Source of the DNA: Octopus bimaculoides
Lineage: Eukaryota
Assembly: GCF_001194135.2 (NCBI RefSeq)
Contig: NC_068983.1
Span: forward strand, 115,983,101-116,047,100
Reading direction: 5' to 3'
Length of the DNA stretch: 64,000 nt
Shown here: piece after piece, positions 37,101 through 50,319 of the stretch
Numbering within the stretch: position 1 is the first letter of the stretch
Layout: every line of letters starts with the position of its first letter
Translations under genes and position numbers: made by a program
The notes under the pieces: generated by a model
Told to the model about the DNA's origin: nothing
What the model saw: only the letters and a program-made list of their open reading frames with translations
The model's database searches: none

Positions 37101-37509
37101 CTCATGCGTAAATAAATAGCGCGTACAATGTAGTCTGAGATATATCAAAAGAGGGTTGGAGCTAAGCAACTGCAACAGACTTCTAATAATAATCTACATA
37201 GTCACAAGTTTGGCAAATTTTGGGAGAGAGAATATAATATCTATGCCAGTATTTCACTGTTTCCTACTATATGAACCCTGAAAGAATGAAAGGCAAAGCC
37301 GACCTTGAGAGAATCTGACCTTAGAAGCTTAGACCGTCAAGAACGTTAGCTAAATACTGTAAAGCATTTTGTCCGACGCTTTAACGATTCTGTCAATCCA
37401 CTACTTTTTTATAGACCCCGAAAGGTGTCGATAAAATAAAGAACCAGTTGATGGTGTCGCCTACTGCTCCCCCTTAAAAGTTGCTGGCCTTGTACCTCAA
37501 TCAGAGCCA

Positions 37510-37563
<54 letters not shown>

Positions 37564-37565
<2 letters not shown>

Positions 37566-37690
37566 ATAGTTTTATTTTTATAACGTGCTTCCACTTCACT
37601 ACCAAGCGCAGCTCTGTGTGCCTTGGGTATTTGCTGTGGTTTGCTGTGATGCTCTTATGGTTACTGTATTGAAAATGTTTTGCGTAGGAT
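37564..37690 (-). mobile_element. R4/Dong-like LINE 3' end, copy 1
   Basis: Paralogous to 38434-38530 and 38810-38930; bounded by (TTA)n on both sides. Confidence 0.85.
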
Positions 37691-37694
37691 GCAC

Positions 37695-37736
<42 letters not shown>

Positions 37737-38433
37737 NNNNNNNNNNNNNNNNNNNNNNNNNNNNNNNNNNNNNNNNNNNNNNNNNNNNNNNNNNNNNNNN
37801 NNNNNNNNNNNNNNNNNNNNNNNNNNNNNNNNNNNNNNNNNNNNNNNNNNNNNNNNNNNNNNNNNNNNNNNNNNNNNNNNNNNNNNNNNNNNNNNNNNNN
37901 NNNNNNNNNNNNNNNNNNNNNNNNNNNNNNNNNNNNNNNNNNNNNNNNNNNNNNNNNNNNNNNNNNNNNNNNNNNNNNNNNNNNNNNNNNNNNNNNNNNN
38001 NNNNNNNNNNNNNNNNNNNNNNNNNNNNNNNNNNNNNNNNNNNNNNNNNNNNNNNNNNNNNNNNNNNNNNNNNNNNNNNNNNNNNNNNNNNNNNNNNNNN
38101 NNNNNNNNNNNNNNNNNNNNNNNNNNNNNNNNNNNNNNNNNNNNNNNNNNNNNNNNNNNNNNNNNNNNNNNNNNNNNNNNNNNNNNNNNNNNNNNNNNNN
38201 NNNNNNNNNNNNNNNNNNNNNNNNNNNNNNNNNNNNNNNNNNNNNNNNNNNNNNNNNNNNNNNNNNNNNNNNNNNNNNNNNNNNNNNNNNNNNNNNNNNN
38301 NNNNNNNNNNNNNNNNNNNNNNNNNNNNNNNNNNNNNNNNNNNNNNNNNNNNNNNNNNNNNNNNNNNNNNNNNNNNNNNNNNNNNNNNNNNNNNNNNNNN
38401 NNNNNNNNNNNNNNNNNNNNNNNNNNNNNNNNN

Positions 38434-38759
38434 TTTCACTTCACTACCGAGCGCAGCTCTGTGCGCCTTGGGTATGTGCTGTGGTTTGCTGTGGTGCTCT
38501 TATGTTTACTGTATTGAAAGTGTTTTGCGTAGAATGTGTGCAGTACCCAGTAGTGCAATTTTCTGTATGTTATATATATTTGTAAGTCCTGCTATTTTTG
38601 TTATGTATTTGTCTGAATATTTTTTTATTATACCTAAGGCACCTACTATGATAGGAATTGTTTCTGTTTTTAGATTCCACATTCGAGTTATCTCTATTTC
38701 CAGGTCTTTGTATTTTGAAAGTTTTTCCATTTCTTTTAGAGAAACGTTGTCATCTGCTG

Positions 38760-38760
<1 letters not shown>
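38434..38760 (-). mobile_element. R4/Dong-like LINE 3' end, copy 2
   Basis: Restriction-like endonuclease C-terminus KLSKYKDLEIEITRMW...IPIIVGALG. Confidence 0.88.
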
Positions 38761-38800
<40 letters not shown>

Positions 38801-38804
<4 letters not shown>

Positions 38805-41148
38805 TAGTCTTACTTTTATCGCGTGCTTTCATTGCACTACAGAGCGCAGCTCTGTGTGCCTTGAGTATGTGCTGTGATTCTCTTTATTTTTACTGTATAG
38901 AAATTGTTTTACGTAGGATGTATGCGGTGCCTAGTAGTGCTATTGTCTGTATGCTAGATATACTTGTTAGTCCTGGTGTTTTTGTTATGCATTTGTCTGA
39001 ATACTTTTTATCATACCTAATGCACCTACTATGATAGGAATTGCTTCTGTTTTTAGACTCCACATTCGGGCTACCTCTATTTCCAGGTTTTTGTATTTTG
39101 AAAATTTCTCCGTTTCTTTTAGAGAAACATTGTCATCTGTTGGCATTGATATATAGATTAGAAAGCATTTTTTTAATGATCTCTGACAACTATATCCGGC
39201 CTTTTGGCCTTATTTTTCTATTTGTGTGTATTGGCATATCCCAGAGTATGGTTACTTTCTCATTTTCTGTGACCTTTTTTCTGTTGTTATTCCATAGTGC
39301 TGGGACAGCTTCCAGTGTAAATAGATACCAACCCTGTTGTGTCTGTGAATATTTTCCTTCTGAGCCTGGACTGGGCAACTAGAGATAGTATGATTTGTTG
39401 TTTCTTGTTCATCTCCACATATTCTGCAGTTACTTGTATTTCTTTTCATTACATGTTTTTGGTAATTTCTAGTGGGGAGGCTTTGGTCTCATGCTGCAAT
39501 TAAAAATCATTCAGTCTCTGCTTTGAGTCCTGAGCTTCTCAGCCATTGCTGGGATTTTGCTTTGTCTATTTCTTTTGCGCTCAGTTAACTCTATATTCCA
39601 TGAAGGGCTTTTTCTTGCCATCGTTTTATTATGATCCCGTTCAGTTGTTTTACAGCTTTTGTTATTTCTTGCTTTCCTTCATAGTTGTTAGGTACAATTA
39701 TTTCTTTTTTGTATTTGTCAGCTTCCTTAAAAACTGAAAACAGTTTTATGGTTTGTTCGTGTTTTGTGGTTATTTGTATTAGTTTTCCTTGATTTTGAAG
39801 TAGGTATTTCTGTAGTCCTATTCTAGTTATTTTGTAATTGTTTTCTAGCTGTATAAGGCCTTCCATACGTTGCATATATAAAATTATTTGTCAGATTTTG
39901 GGTAGTGCACTCTAAATCCTGTCATTATTTGTCTTGTTTTCCTGTATATTTGATTAATTCATTTAGAGTCCAGTTAAGAATATTGCAGCAGTAACTTATA
40001 ACTGGGACAGCTAGAATATTGATACTTATCTTATTTTTCACATTGAGCTCTGTATTCAGTACTAATTTCACTCGTCTATTGTATCTTTTTCTTATCTTCT
40101 CTTTCATTTGTGTATTGTATCGTATCTAGTTCATCGATTCTTAGGTATTTGTATGTCTGGCTTTGGTCTAATCCTCTTATTACATTTGCTTTATCTAGTG
40201 TGATGTTGCTACTCTTAAATAGTTTTTCTCTTTTCAAGGTTGCTTTGGCACATTTTTCTAAGCCAGATTTCATGTTTGTTTCTTTCGTAATTCCATGTAC
40301 TGTCTGTAGTAATGATTCCAGTTTTTTATCATTTGTAGCATACAGTTTTAGATCATCCATATATAAGAGGTGAGTGATTGTTTTGCCGTAACAGTTGCAC
40401 CACATCCAGTTCTGTTTAGCATATCAGATAAAGTTGTCGGTGCCAAGCAGAACAGGAGTGGAGAGAGCTTGTCTCCCTGGAATATTCCTCTTCTAATGGG
40501 GATGGCTTTGGTTTTCACGAGTCCCTCTTTTGTTTGGAGCTGTAGCACTGTCTGCCATTTATTCATAGAGTGTCTTATGTATTTTATAATTATTGGTACT
40601 ACCTTGTTTATGGCTAGTGTTTCGAGGATCCACGTGTGGGGAACACTTTCAAAAGCCTTTCGGTAGTCGATTCAGGCCATACTGAGGCCTTTCTTCTTTC
40701 TGCGGCTGTCTTCAGTTATGGCTTTATCGATTCATTAATTGATCTTTACAACCGTATGAGCCCTTGCAGCATCTCTTCTACTCTTCTGGAAACAGGTTGT
40801 TTTCTGCCAGGTGCTTACTCAATCTCTGCGATATTATTGCAGTAAAGGCTTTGTAGATTGTAGGGAGACAGGTTATAGGTCTGTAGTTTTGTGGTTTTGC
40901 CGTTTCCGTGGATTTGGTAATTAAGATGGTTTTCCCTTTCGTGAGCCATTCAGGCATTGTCTCTGGCTCTGCTAGTATGTCGTTAAATTTTTCAGCCAGC
41001 TTTTTGTGTATTCCTGTCAGATATTTTAACCAGAAGTTGGGGATCTTGTCGTGCCCAGGTGCCTTCCAGTTGCTTAGTCTTTGCAGTGCCTGGGCGACCC
41101 TCTTCAGTTGTTATAGGGGTCCCTATTCTTCTCCTCTCCCCTTCACCG
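38801..41148 (-). mobile_element. R4/Dong-like RLE LINE, decayed RT-CCHC-RLE
   Basis: IFQGDKLSPLLFCL, YMDDLKLY, CRICGDEQETTNHTISSC, RHN and ILWDMPIHT motifs; the 3' end abuts (TAA)n. Confidence 0.92.
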
Positions 41149-41725
41149 NNNNNNNNNNCTGACACGTGACGAAAGAGGATCTATCTTTCTGTCCATTTTC
41201 TTCCTAAAGAAAAGACGTGCTTCGCCTGTCTCCTCTCTTGGCTCGTTCTCCTTGCGTTCATAATTATTTTTCCATCGTTTTGACTCAACAGCCCTCACCG
41301 TTTGTGTTTTTACTGTCTTGTTCTCACTGTCCTATTTTTGTTAACACTTTCACCCTCCGCAAAAAATCGCAATTTGCTTTGCGGGAAGGACTGTTTCAAC
41401 GAAGTTGCGTATTGTCCTTACCTTCGAAATGCGGAGTAGATGAAACAGGGACAACTGAAGAAGGGGTATATTCTTTATGTTGCATGTCTGGTTTCTCTGT
41501 TTGGCTTTTCGTTGTTCGAAAAAAAGTTCGTTTTCTATGTTTTTGTTTCTCATTGTGTTCAACGTCTTTTTGTTGTCCTGTACCCATATATGCATGTATA
41601 TATACATATAGATGTAGGTATGTACATATATGTATGTATATATACATATATTTATATATTATGTATATTATTATATGATCGAACGCCACGCATCCTTTTC
41701 CAAGTAAGTTTTGTCTTAATTATAT

Positions 41726-41994
41726 ATATATATAATTTATATAAGGGCATTACTATATAGTCTCGACCATACGTGCACTGATGAATAAAAGATGCAGCTT
41801 ACTACATTGCTGCATTAATTATGAAACCAGTGGTTTACCGTTAAGTTAAATGTTTTTAGGAGGTTAATTTTTGATAGTTACATTCCCTCGCTTTCGGTAA
41901 ATATGGGCTTATTTTTTGCTAGTTTTGACTTATTTAGTCCCTCTAAGCGTGAGGCATTACTATATAGTAATGCCCTTATATAAATTATATATAT
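41726..41994. mobile_element. Short foldback element with a 35-bp perfect inverted repeat and an internal hammerhead-like motif
   Basis: 41726-41760 is the exact reverse complement of 41960-41994; CTGATGA(41778-84)...GAAAC(41823-27) lies inside. Confidence 0.75.
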
Positions 41995-43009
41995 TTATGG
42001 AAAAAAACGATGGGTTTTTTTCCTTATGGGGTTTTTCACGCTGACTACTTGATAAATCCTTATAAAGATTTTATCCTATATTATATTATATATATATATA
42101 TATACTGATGTTCACATCATTATTATTGAGTAAGAGAGCAGTGCATGCCATCAAAGTAACACTGGGGTAAAATACACGAAGCTCAATATACCCATCATGA
42201 CTACTCGTCTGATAAGGGTACACTAGGCGCATGCATCACAGATGCTGTAGTTAAGTTAGAATTCTCATATATACTACGGGAGCATTAGATTAGAAATAAT
42301 TGTGTGAAAAGGCGAAGGGAAAATGAAACAGTATTAGTCACTGAATAATATTATTTTAATTATTTCGGCAAGTATGATAAACAACTCCGAACATGTTTTA
42401 GTCATCTTCCTAAAAGATATCAGTGACTCCCCGCACTTTTAATTTATCCTACGTTAAAATGCTTCTTCGTGTTATTTTGAAGTATTTTTAATATGTTAAA
42501 ATACTTGAAAGTTTTACATTGTGGCAAATCTAAGGAAAAGTGTTTCAACAAACATTTTTGCAATGAAGACAAAAGAGAAACTAAGTTGAGTATAATAAAT
42601 CTGGGAAATTCTCACTGAATGAACAGATTTTTCACGGACATTTAACCTCAACTGTTTCTATTTTAAAACTGTGACTTCTTTGTCGTTATCTAATTAAAGC
42701 CAGCTTTACATGAAGAACATTGAAGACAGATAGAGACTGTTAGGATATATTTATCAGCTTAAGCTTAAAAGGAGTATAGAACGCGTGCTTGGTCCCCCAA
42801 ACTCTGGTAGCATTGAAAAAACTAATTACTCGGAGAAATTCAGCTGACGAGAGATAGATCGCCTCCGAGAGAGGGTATCAATCTGTCATAAGAAATTTTC
42901 AGTAGATATGCAGATACGGTCTGTCAGTTCTGGCTATCCATTGCTGTGCCTCCTTACATCGTGTCATACAGGAAGCTAAGCCAATACAGGACATAGACGT
43001 GTTTGTTAT

Positions 43010-43109
43010 TATTGTTGTTGTTGTTGATGTTATTGGTAGTGGTGGTGATGGTGGTGGTGGTGGTGTCGGCGGCGGTGGTGACGGTGGCGGTGGTGACGGT
43101 GGCGGCGGN
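43010..43109. repeat. (GTT)/(GGT)/(GGC) trinucleotide tract at a gap edge
   Basis: Direct. Confidence 0.95.
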
Positions 43110-43939
43110 NNNNNNNNNNNNNNNNNNNNNNNNNNNNNNNNNNNNNNNNNNNNNNNNNNNNNNNNNNNNNNNNNNNNNNNNNNNNNNNNNNNNNNNNNNN
43201 NNNNNNNNNNNNNNNNNNNNNNNNNNNNNNNNNNNNNNNNNNNNNNNNNNNNNNNNNNNNNNNNNNNNNNNNNNNNNNNNNNNNNNNNNNNNNNNNNNNN
43301 NNNNNNNNNNNNNNNNNNNNNNNNNNNNNNNNNNNNNNNNNNNNNNNNNNNNNNNNNNNNNNNNNNNNNNNNNNNNNNNNNNNNNNNNNNNNNNNNNNNN
43401 NNNNNNNNNNNNNNNNNNNNNNNNNNNNNNNNNNNNNNNNNNNNNNNNNNNNNNNNNNNNNNNNNNNNNNNNNNNNNNNNNNNNNNNNNNNNNNNNNNNN
43501 NNNNNNNNNNNNNNNNNNNNNNNNNNNNNNNNNNNNNNNNNNNNNNNNNNNNNNNNNNNNNNNNNNNNNNNNNNNNNNNNNNNNNNNNNNNNNNNNNNNN
43601 NNNNNNNNNNNNNNNNNNNNNNNNNNNNNNNNNNNNNNNNNNNNNNNNNNNNNNNNNNNNNNNNNNNNNNNNNNNNNNNNNNNNNNNNNNNNNNNNNNNN
43701 NNNNNNNNNNNNNNNNNNNNNNNNNNNNNNNNNNNNNNNNNNNNNNNNNTTAAAATGGAATAGTTTTTTTATTGTTTTACTTGTTTCGGTCATGTGTCTG
43801 CGGACATGCCGGAGCACCGCCTTTAGTCGAAGAAATCGACCCCAGGATTTATACTTTGTAAGCCTAGTACTTATTCTATCATTGTGTTTTGCCAAATGGC
43901 TAAGTTACAGGGACGTAAACACAGCATAACTCCGAGGAC

Positions 43940-44033
43940 AGTTGATGCTGAAATTCCAATGAGGGAACCTTGGATCTAGGTTAGAAACCGGTTCTTTCTC
44001 TATTGGCAAGAAATCTTGAAATATACTGAATAA
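43940..44033 (+). mobile_element. 3' UTR fragment of the 46670-47252 LINE family
   Basis: Reverse-complement match to 46670-46760; followed by (CATA)3. Confidence 0.85.
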
Positions 44034-44768
44034 TGACATACATACATACAAATGGCTGTGTGATAAAAAGTTTACTTCCCAACCACATGGCTCCAGGTTC
44101 AGTCCACTGCGTGACGCCTTCGGCAAGTGTCTTCTACTATAGCCGCGGCCGGCCAAAACCTTGCGAGTAGATCTGGTAGACGGAAATTGAATGGAGCCCG
44201 TCGTGTATAAATGTGTGTGTGTCTGTGTGTGCGCGCGCGCGCGTCTTTTGTATGTGTTCCCCCCCCCCCTTCAACTACGGCTTGACAACTGGGTTCGGTG
44301 TGTTTATGTCACGTAAGCTAGCGGTTCGGCAAAAAAAACCGATAGAATAAGTACCATCTTTACAAAAAAAAAAAATAGTAAGTATTGGGGTTGATTCAGT
44401 CGATTAAAATTCTTCATAGCAATGCCCCATATATATGGGGGAAGACTCGAGGACACGAGAACTCGATAAGAAGTAATTGAAAGACTGGAAGTTTTAGTTT
44501 AATTCTCTAGCGAAATGCTGAGATATAAACAAAATATCAGATCACACTTTAAGCATACGTTCTTATGACTGCGAATTATAAATGCATGGCTTGAGGCTGA
44601 AATTCATACGAGCAGAGTTTAAGTGGAATTAAATTTATAAAATTTATTTGGCTACATTAAAATATCGTGGTAGTTGTCATGGTGATTAACTCCAGGTCGC
44701 CCCTCACCCTCCCATTGAACTGGCCTCATTACTGAAGATTTTCCAGCTATGGTCATCCTGTTTTTCAA

Positions 44769-44806
<38 letters not shown>

Positions 44807-45071
44807 CACACACATCACGCGCGTACCCATACACATAAATAAATGCACACATGCATATACTTTTTATGTCTTTTACTCCTTTCAATCATTTGGCTGCGAC
44901 CATGCAGCCGCACAGCCTATAAGGGTCTCAATCGAACGAATCGGCCAGAATTTTTTTTTAAAGTCTGGTACTCATCCAATCGATATTTTACCAAACTGTT
45001 AAGTTACACGGAAGTAAACAATCACCGGTTATCAAGCAGCGGATGGACAAGGACAGACACAGATACAAGCA

Positions 45072-45121
<50 letters not shown>

Positions 45122-45214
45122 CACATACACACACACACACACATACGCACATACGCACATGTGTGTGTGTGTGTGTGTGTGCAATGTATATACGACGAGC
45201 TTCTTTCACTTTAG

Positions 45215-46647
45215 ATCAACCAAATCTCCCCAGAAATTAGAGGTTTCGAAGCAGTTGTTTATAGATATGCTCTTTTTCTTTGATTTTCAAAGAGATATTT
45301 ATATCTGCAGTGCTGTTGACCTCTATGATGGTACATACCTTTGCCTCTCTGTCCCAAACAACAATATCCGGCCTGTAATGTATACATTTGATAGAAGTTT
45401 TGAAGGGAATATTCCACCAGTATTCTTTGAGTTGATGTTTATAAATGTATTCCATTACAGAGGGAATTTCTAAGTTTATTTCAGGACAGTCTTTTTTTGC
45501 GGATGGCATTGTAAATTGTTTTAGCAACAACATCGTGCCGCATAGGGAGGTAGTACCGTGACGACATTTTAGAGCAGCTGCTAATCACATGCGTGATATC
45601 TTCCACAGAAACATAACATAGACAACACATGCGGTTAAACCTTGAGATTACAAGGGCATCACTGTTTCTCTTATTCACCAGGTACTTTGTAGCAATCTCC
45701 TATTCTTGGATTGCAAACGCATTGCCTTCAAAGTGTAATGTGACGTAGTGGTCTTGCGTCCAAGACAGGCTACGCTTCGTGTCAATTCTACTGTCTTCTT
45801 CAAGCTTCCGGACAACATACCAATGTATACTCTTTTCTGTATGCTGAGTGCTTTCCATCCAGGTCTTCTCTGAGGTAAGAGAGCCCAGCCGTTTTGGGAC
45901 TGTATAGGAGATCATCAGAAAGACCGTGCTTCTTGAGACGTTCACTGCCAACTCGTACAATGTTGCTCACTTCACTTTTCAGCACTGAATTTATATATTT
46001 ATTTTTGTTGCCTCTACCACCTTCATTTCTTCTTAGATAGAGCCTGTCAACATCACTGTTTCTGTGGAAGTTCCCAGTTGTTGTCAGGATTTTGCAGGTT
46101 TTGATATCTATGGAGTGGATTTCTTCTACAGACCAATCAGGTATCCCAAATGTTGGGATCAGCACTGGTACTGCAAATGCATTATGAGATACTGTTTTGT
46201 TGTAAGAGGAGAATTCCAACTGCCATATTTTCCTAAGTCTGGTGCAATATTCTCGGGTCACTCTATCTTTATTCACAGTGCCTTCATGTGATACATCTTC
46301 GTCTGTGCCTAGGTACTTGTAACATTCTTTTTGTGGAATGGGAGAGAGAGAAAGACCGTTGATGCACAAGTTTTGGGTTTAGGGGACTGACTTTCCTCAT
46401 TCTATAACCATAAATGAACATTTCTTTTGGCCAAATTCCATGCCTATATCAGCTGAAAATGTTATTAACTCCAGTTGTTTTTTGACATTGTTAACACTTT
46501 TAGCATAAATCTTCAGGTCGTCTACAAAGAAATTATGTGTTACATTGATATTTCTAGCAGCTGAAGACCCTAGTATGTAACTATTTGTTTTCTGCAGTAG
46601 GAACGATAATGGATTCAGTACCAAAATGAAAAGAAGTTCAGAAAGAT
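45215..46647 (-). mobile_element. R4-like RLE LINE, second subfamily, decayed
   Basis: FFVDDLKIY, YKYLG, RLYLRRNEGGRG, CCLCYVSVEDITHVISSC, MRHD and RPDIVVWD motifs. Confidence 0.9.
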
Positions 46648-46669
46648 TGTATGTATAAATATATATGTA

Positions 46670-47252
46670 ATTATTCAGTTTTATTTCAAGATTTCTTGCC
46701 AATAGAGAAAGAAACGGTTTCTAACCTAGATCCAAGGCTCCTTCATTGGAATTTCAACACCAACAACAGGATATTTTTGTTTGCATGTATGTATTTATGT
46801 ATATGTGCAGATTTGTATGTTTTACTTTATCTATGTATTCTCATACATATAGTTACATATCTAGACATGCTCATATAATATTCAAATGATAAACTTCTGG
46901 AAAGTTTTACAGATTTTTACTGTTCCAGTGATGGATCGGAGCTATAGTCTTCGAATTAACTTTCTCCTTTCTGGTTTTGAGAAGTCTAATTTCTCAAGAT
47001 TGGTATTTAGGCAGTGTGTTACATACCCCAGTGTCCCAATAATTACAGGTATAAACCTGAACTTGTAATCTGGATAGAGTAACTGCAGATTTCTCAATAG
47101 TTCAGCATAGGTATTCTCTTTTTCACTGATCTTCAGCTTTATGTTGACATCCACTGGGTAGCTAATTTCCAGTTTCTCTTTCTCTATCTCAAATCAGTCT
47201 GTTGTGCTTACATTTTATTGAGGTCTTCACTTGAACATTCCTCCAGTATTCC
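46670..47252 (-). mobile_element. 5'-truncated copy of the same R4-like subfamily with complete 3' UTR
   Basis: KISEKENTYAELLRNLQLLYPDYKFRFIPVIIGTLG; flanked by TATG/TACA-type repeats on both sides. Confidence 0.88.
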
Positions 47253-48171
47253 TATATATGTATGTATGTATGTATGTACGTATGTATGTATGTATGTATG
47301 TATGCATATAGGAATGTATAGTCACCTATAAACTATTAACATGCTTGAAATTGCAATGACGTAGCCCTAAAATCACACCCACACTTTCAATATTCAAAAA
47401 CAATTTTTCTTTTTAATATTAAAAAAAAAAAAGCATTGATGCAGTGGTTTGAGTAACCTCAAGATACTTTCAGCCTATAAAACGAACTTAGAAAGTATAA
47501 GAGTTGTAATAGAGAAAACCACCCAGTTATTTATAATCACATGAACATATTGGTAATACAATCACATCATGTGATTGTGAATAGCTCATTGGGCTCTCGT
47601 TTTATTCCACTCCTACTTTGGATGTTTCATGCTTTGAGTATTTAAGATTACATTATGCGATATGTCCCTCTGGGGGAAGGGTTTTTTCTTTTTATTTATT
47701 TATTTATTTTTATTTGTTTATTTTTATTTATTTATTTACTTTTGTTTAGTCCAAAAGTGTGATTTGTTTTGTCGGGTGATTTTGATTAATATTTCTAGCG
47801 AGTAGATTGATAATATGGAAGCTTGTTTAAGTATCTCATAAAAGGATAAATCAGATGAATTAGATAAAGGGTCATATTTCAGCGACTGTTATAAGGGATT
47901 TCATGTTTTTTAATTCTAAGTTATGCATAAATTATATTTATATATATAATATATACACATACATACATACATACATACATACATACACACTAAGCATATG
48001 TGTATCAGAACTGTATATACACAGACACACCCATACATGCACACATACATACGTAAATACATACATACATGCATATGCACACATACACACATACACGTAC
48101 GTACACACACATACACACAAACATATATGCATACATACATACATACATACATACATACATACATACATACA

Positions 48172-48204
<33 letters not shown>

Positions 48205-50061
48205 CGAATGTCACATCAACTTTACTTTTCAAGGGCAAATTCTAGTACACTTAAATACATTTATGTCACGTTAGGAAGCCAAATTAATTTCCATAATTTT
48301 CTATCAATCTTAGCACTGTGTCGGTCCAGTGGACCTATAATTAAAGACAATCTAGCTGAGTCAAATATGGCCCGTATTTTTCTTTTTATCTAACCATAGA
48401 TGCCACCGTCTACATTATCCAACAGTACACACCTTTCATTTTTTTCTCCTTTAGGATAGTAATCCAGGATTTGAGAAGGATTAACTGCTATTTCTTGAAG
48501 ATAGGGAAACCACGTAGAGGTTACCTTAGATATATGGTGTATGTGTATGTGTGCGTGTGCCTGCGTACGTGCATTATATATGTATATATACATGTATGAG
48601 CGTGCGCGTATTATATATGTAATACGTATATATATGTTAGACGCTTGCACATGAAGAAATTCACATTTGCCCAGTATAAATGAATAATAAACATTTAAAC
48701 AACAGAATATTTTGAAAGAATCAAAACTTGAATTGAAGCTAGTTCGCGTCAAACTTAACTACTCTACATCATACAACGCAGAGTACATAAACGAAAAGCT
48801 TTAAACAGTTAAATCGAAGGATGCTAAAGTAAAGACCCTGAAGAAACTACACCGGTATTATAGCAGGGCTGCAATTTCAACAGTTACTAATCGGTGCAGT
48901 TGAAACATATGTAGGTCTATATAAAGCTGTATATATATAAATANNNNNNNNNNNNNNNNNNNNNNNNNNNNNNNNNNNNNNNNNNNNNNNNNNNNNNNNN
49001 NNNNNNNNNNNNNNNNNNNNNNNNNNNNNNNNNNNNNNNNNNNNNNNNNNNNNNNNNNNNNNNNNNNNNNNNNNNNNNNNNNNNNNNNNNNNNNNNNNNN
49101 NNNNNNNNNNNNNNNNNNNNNNNNNNNNNNNNNNNNNNNNNNNNNNNNNNNNNNNNNNNNNNNNNNNNNNNNNNNNNNNNNNNNNNNNNNNNNNNNNNNN
49201 NNNNNNNNNNNNNNNNNNNNNNNNNNNNNNNNNNNNNNNNNNNNNNNNNNNNNNNNNNNNNNNNNNNNNNNNNCATAGCCAAATTTAAATTAACAGTCCA
49301 ACAGAACTTTTCTCACGGTGGAACAATGTTTTTTCAGTAACAGCAGTTTTACATTTGCCAGATTGCCTTAGCTAGGCCGAAATAATGTCTTCACCACTTG
49401 ACCCTTATAACCTCATCTACTTCACCAAAAGCTACAATAGAGATATCACAGTACCAACAAGGAAGCCCATTGTTCTCAACGATATGTCTATCCTTCTGGA
49501 TAGTTATAAATGCAAGAACCCCCAAGCAAAAACCAAGTAGTCACTTGTTGACAACGGAGTGAGGCGGCTCGTGACGACTCAATTAATTAGGGAACGGACT
49601 GCTAGAATCATGATCATAAGGAAGGCAGCTACTGAAGACAATGGTCAGCGAGAGAAATTAAATTTACAGTCAGTAACTGTGAGACAACGTCCCACAACCC
49701 TACAACTTTCTCTAGCTCTAATTCTGTTCTCTTACAACATCATTCTATCGCTATCTGTGGATTATTACTAACAATTCGTGTGCGCCAAACTATGCAAAGA
49801 AACATTCTACCTCATCTAACTTTCTTTCTCATGCTCTCGGATGTTATAATTTGCTCGTCGAGGTAAGGTATTTTTCAACGTAACGGTAAATAAATATTTT
49901 CTTAAAACTTCATGTATTGTCCATCTTTCACATCTTAAAACTTGCCGTTATAACAACAAATTTTTATCGTTATAACTGTTGACTCCGACATTTCATATTA
50001 TTGTGTACCTAATCAAACTTACCCGTTACAATGGGTAACTACACTAATTAAAACCTAACCG

Positions 50062-50161
<100 letters not shown>

Positions 50162-50319
50162 GCAATAAGAAAATGGAGGGGATCAAGAGTTGGTATTCAT
50201 CAACTTATAGACATTATATTATGTCTATTAAGTTATTCTTTAAAAAAGACAATTATAGCAATATACATACATGTATAACATATTATGCTTTACATATATA
50301 ATATATAAAATATTAAATA

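Noticed and set aside
42844-42900. CTGACGA followed by a good hairpin and GAAA; also considered as a pre-miRNA
   Set aside because: Unpaired linkers on both sides of the stem, no stem I or III, and a large internal loop unsuited to a miRNA precursor.
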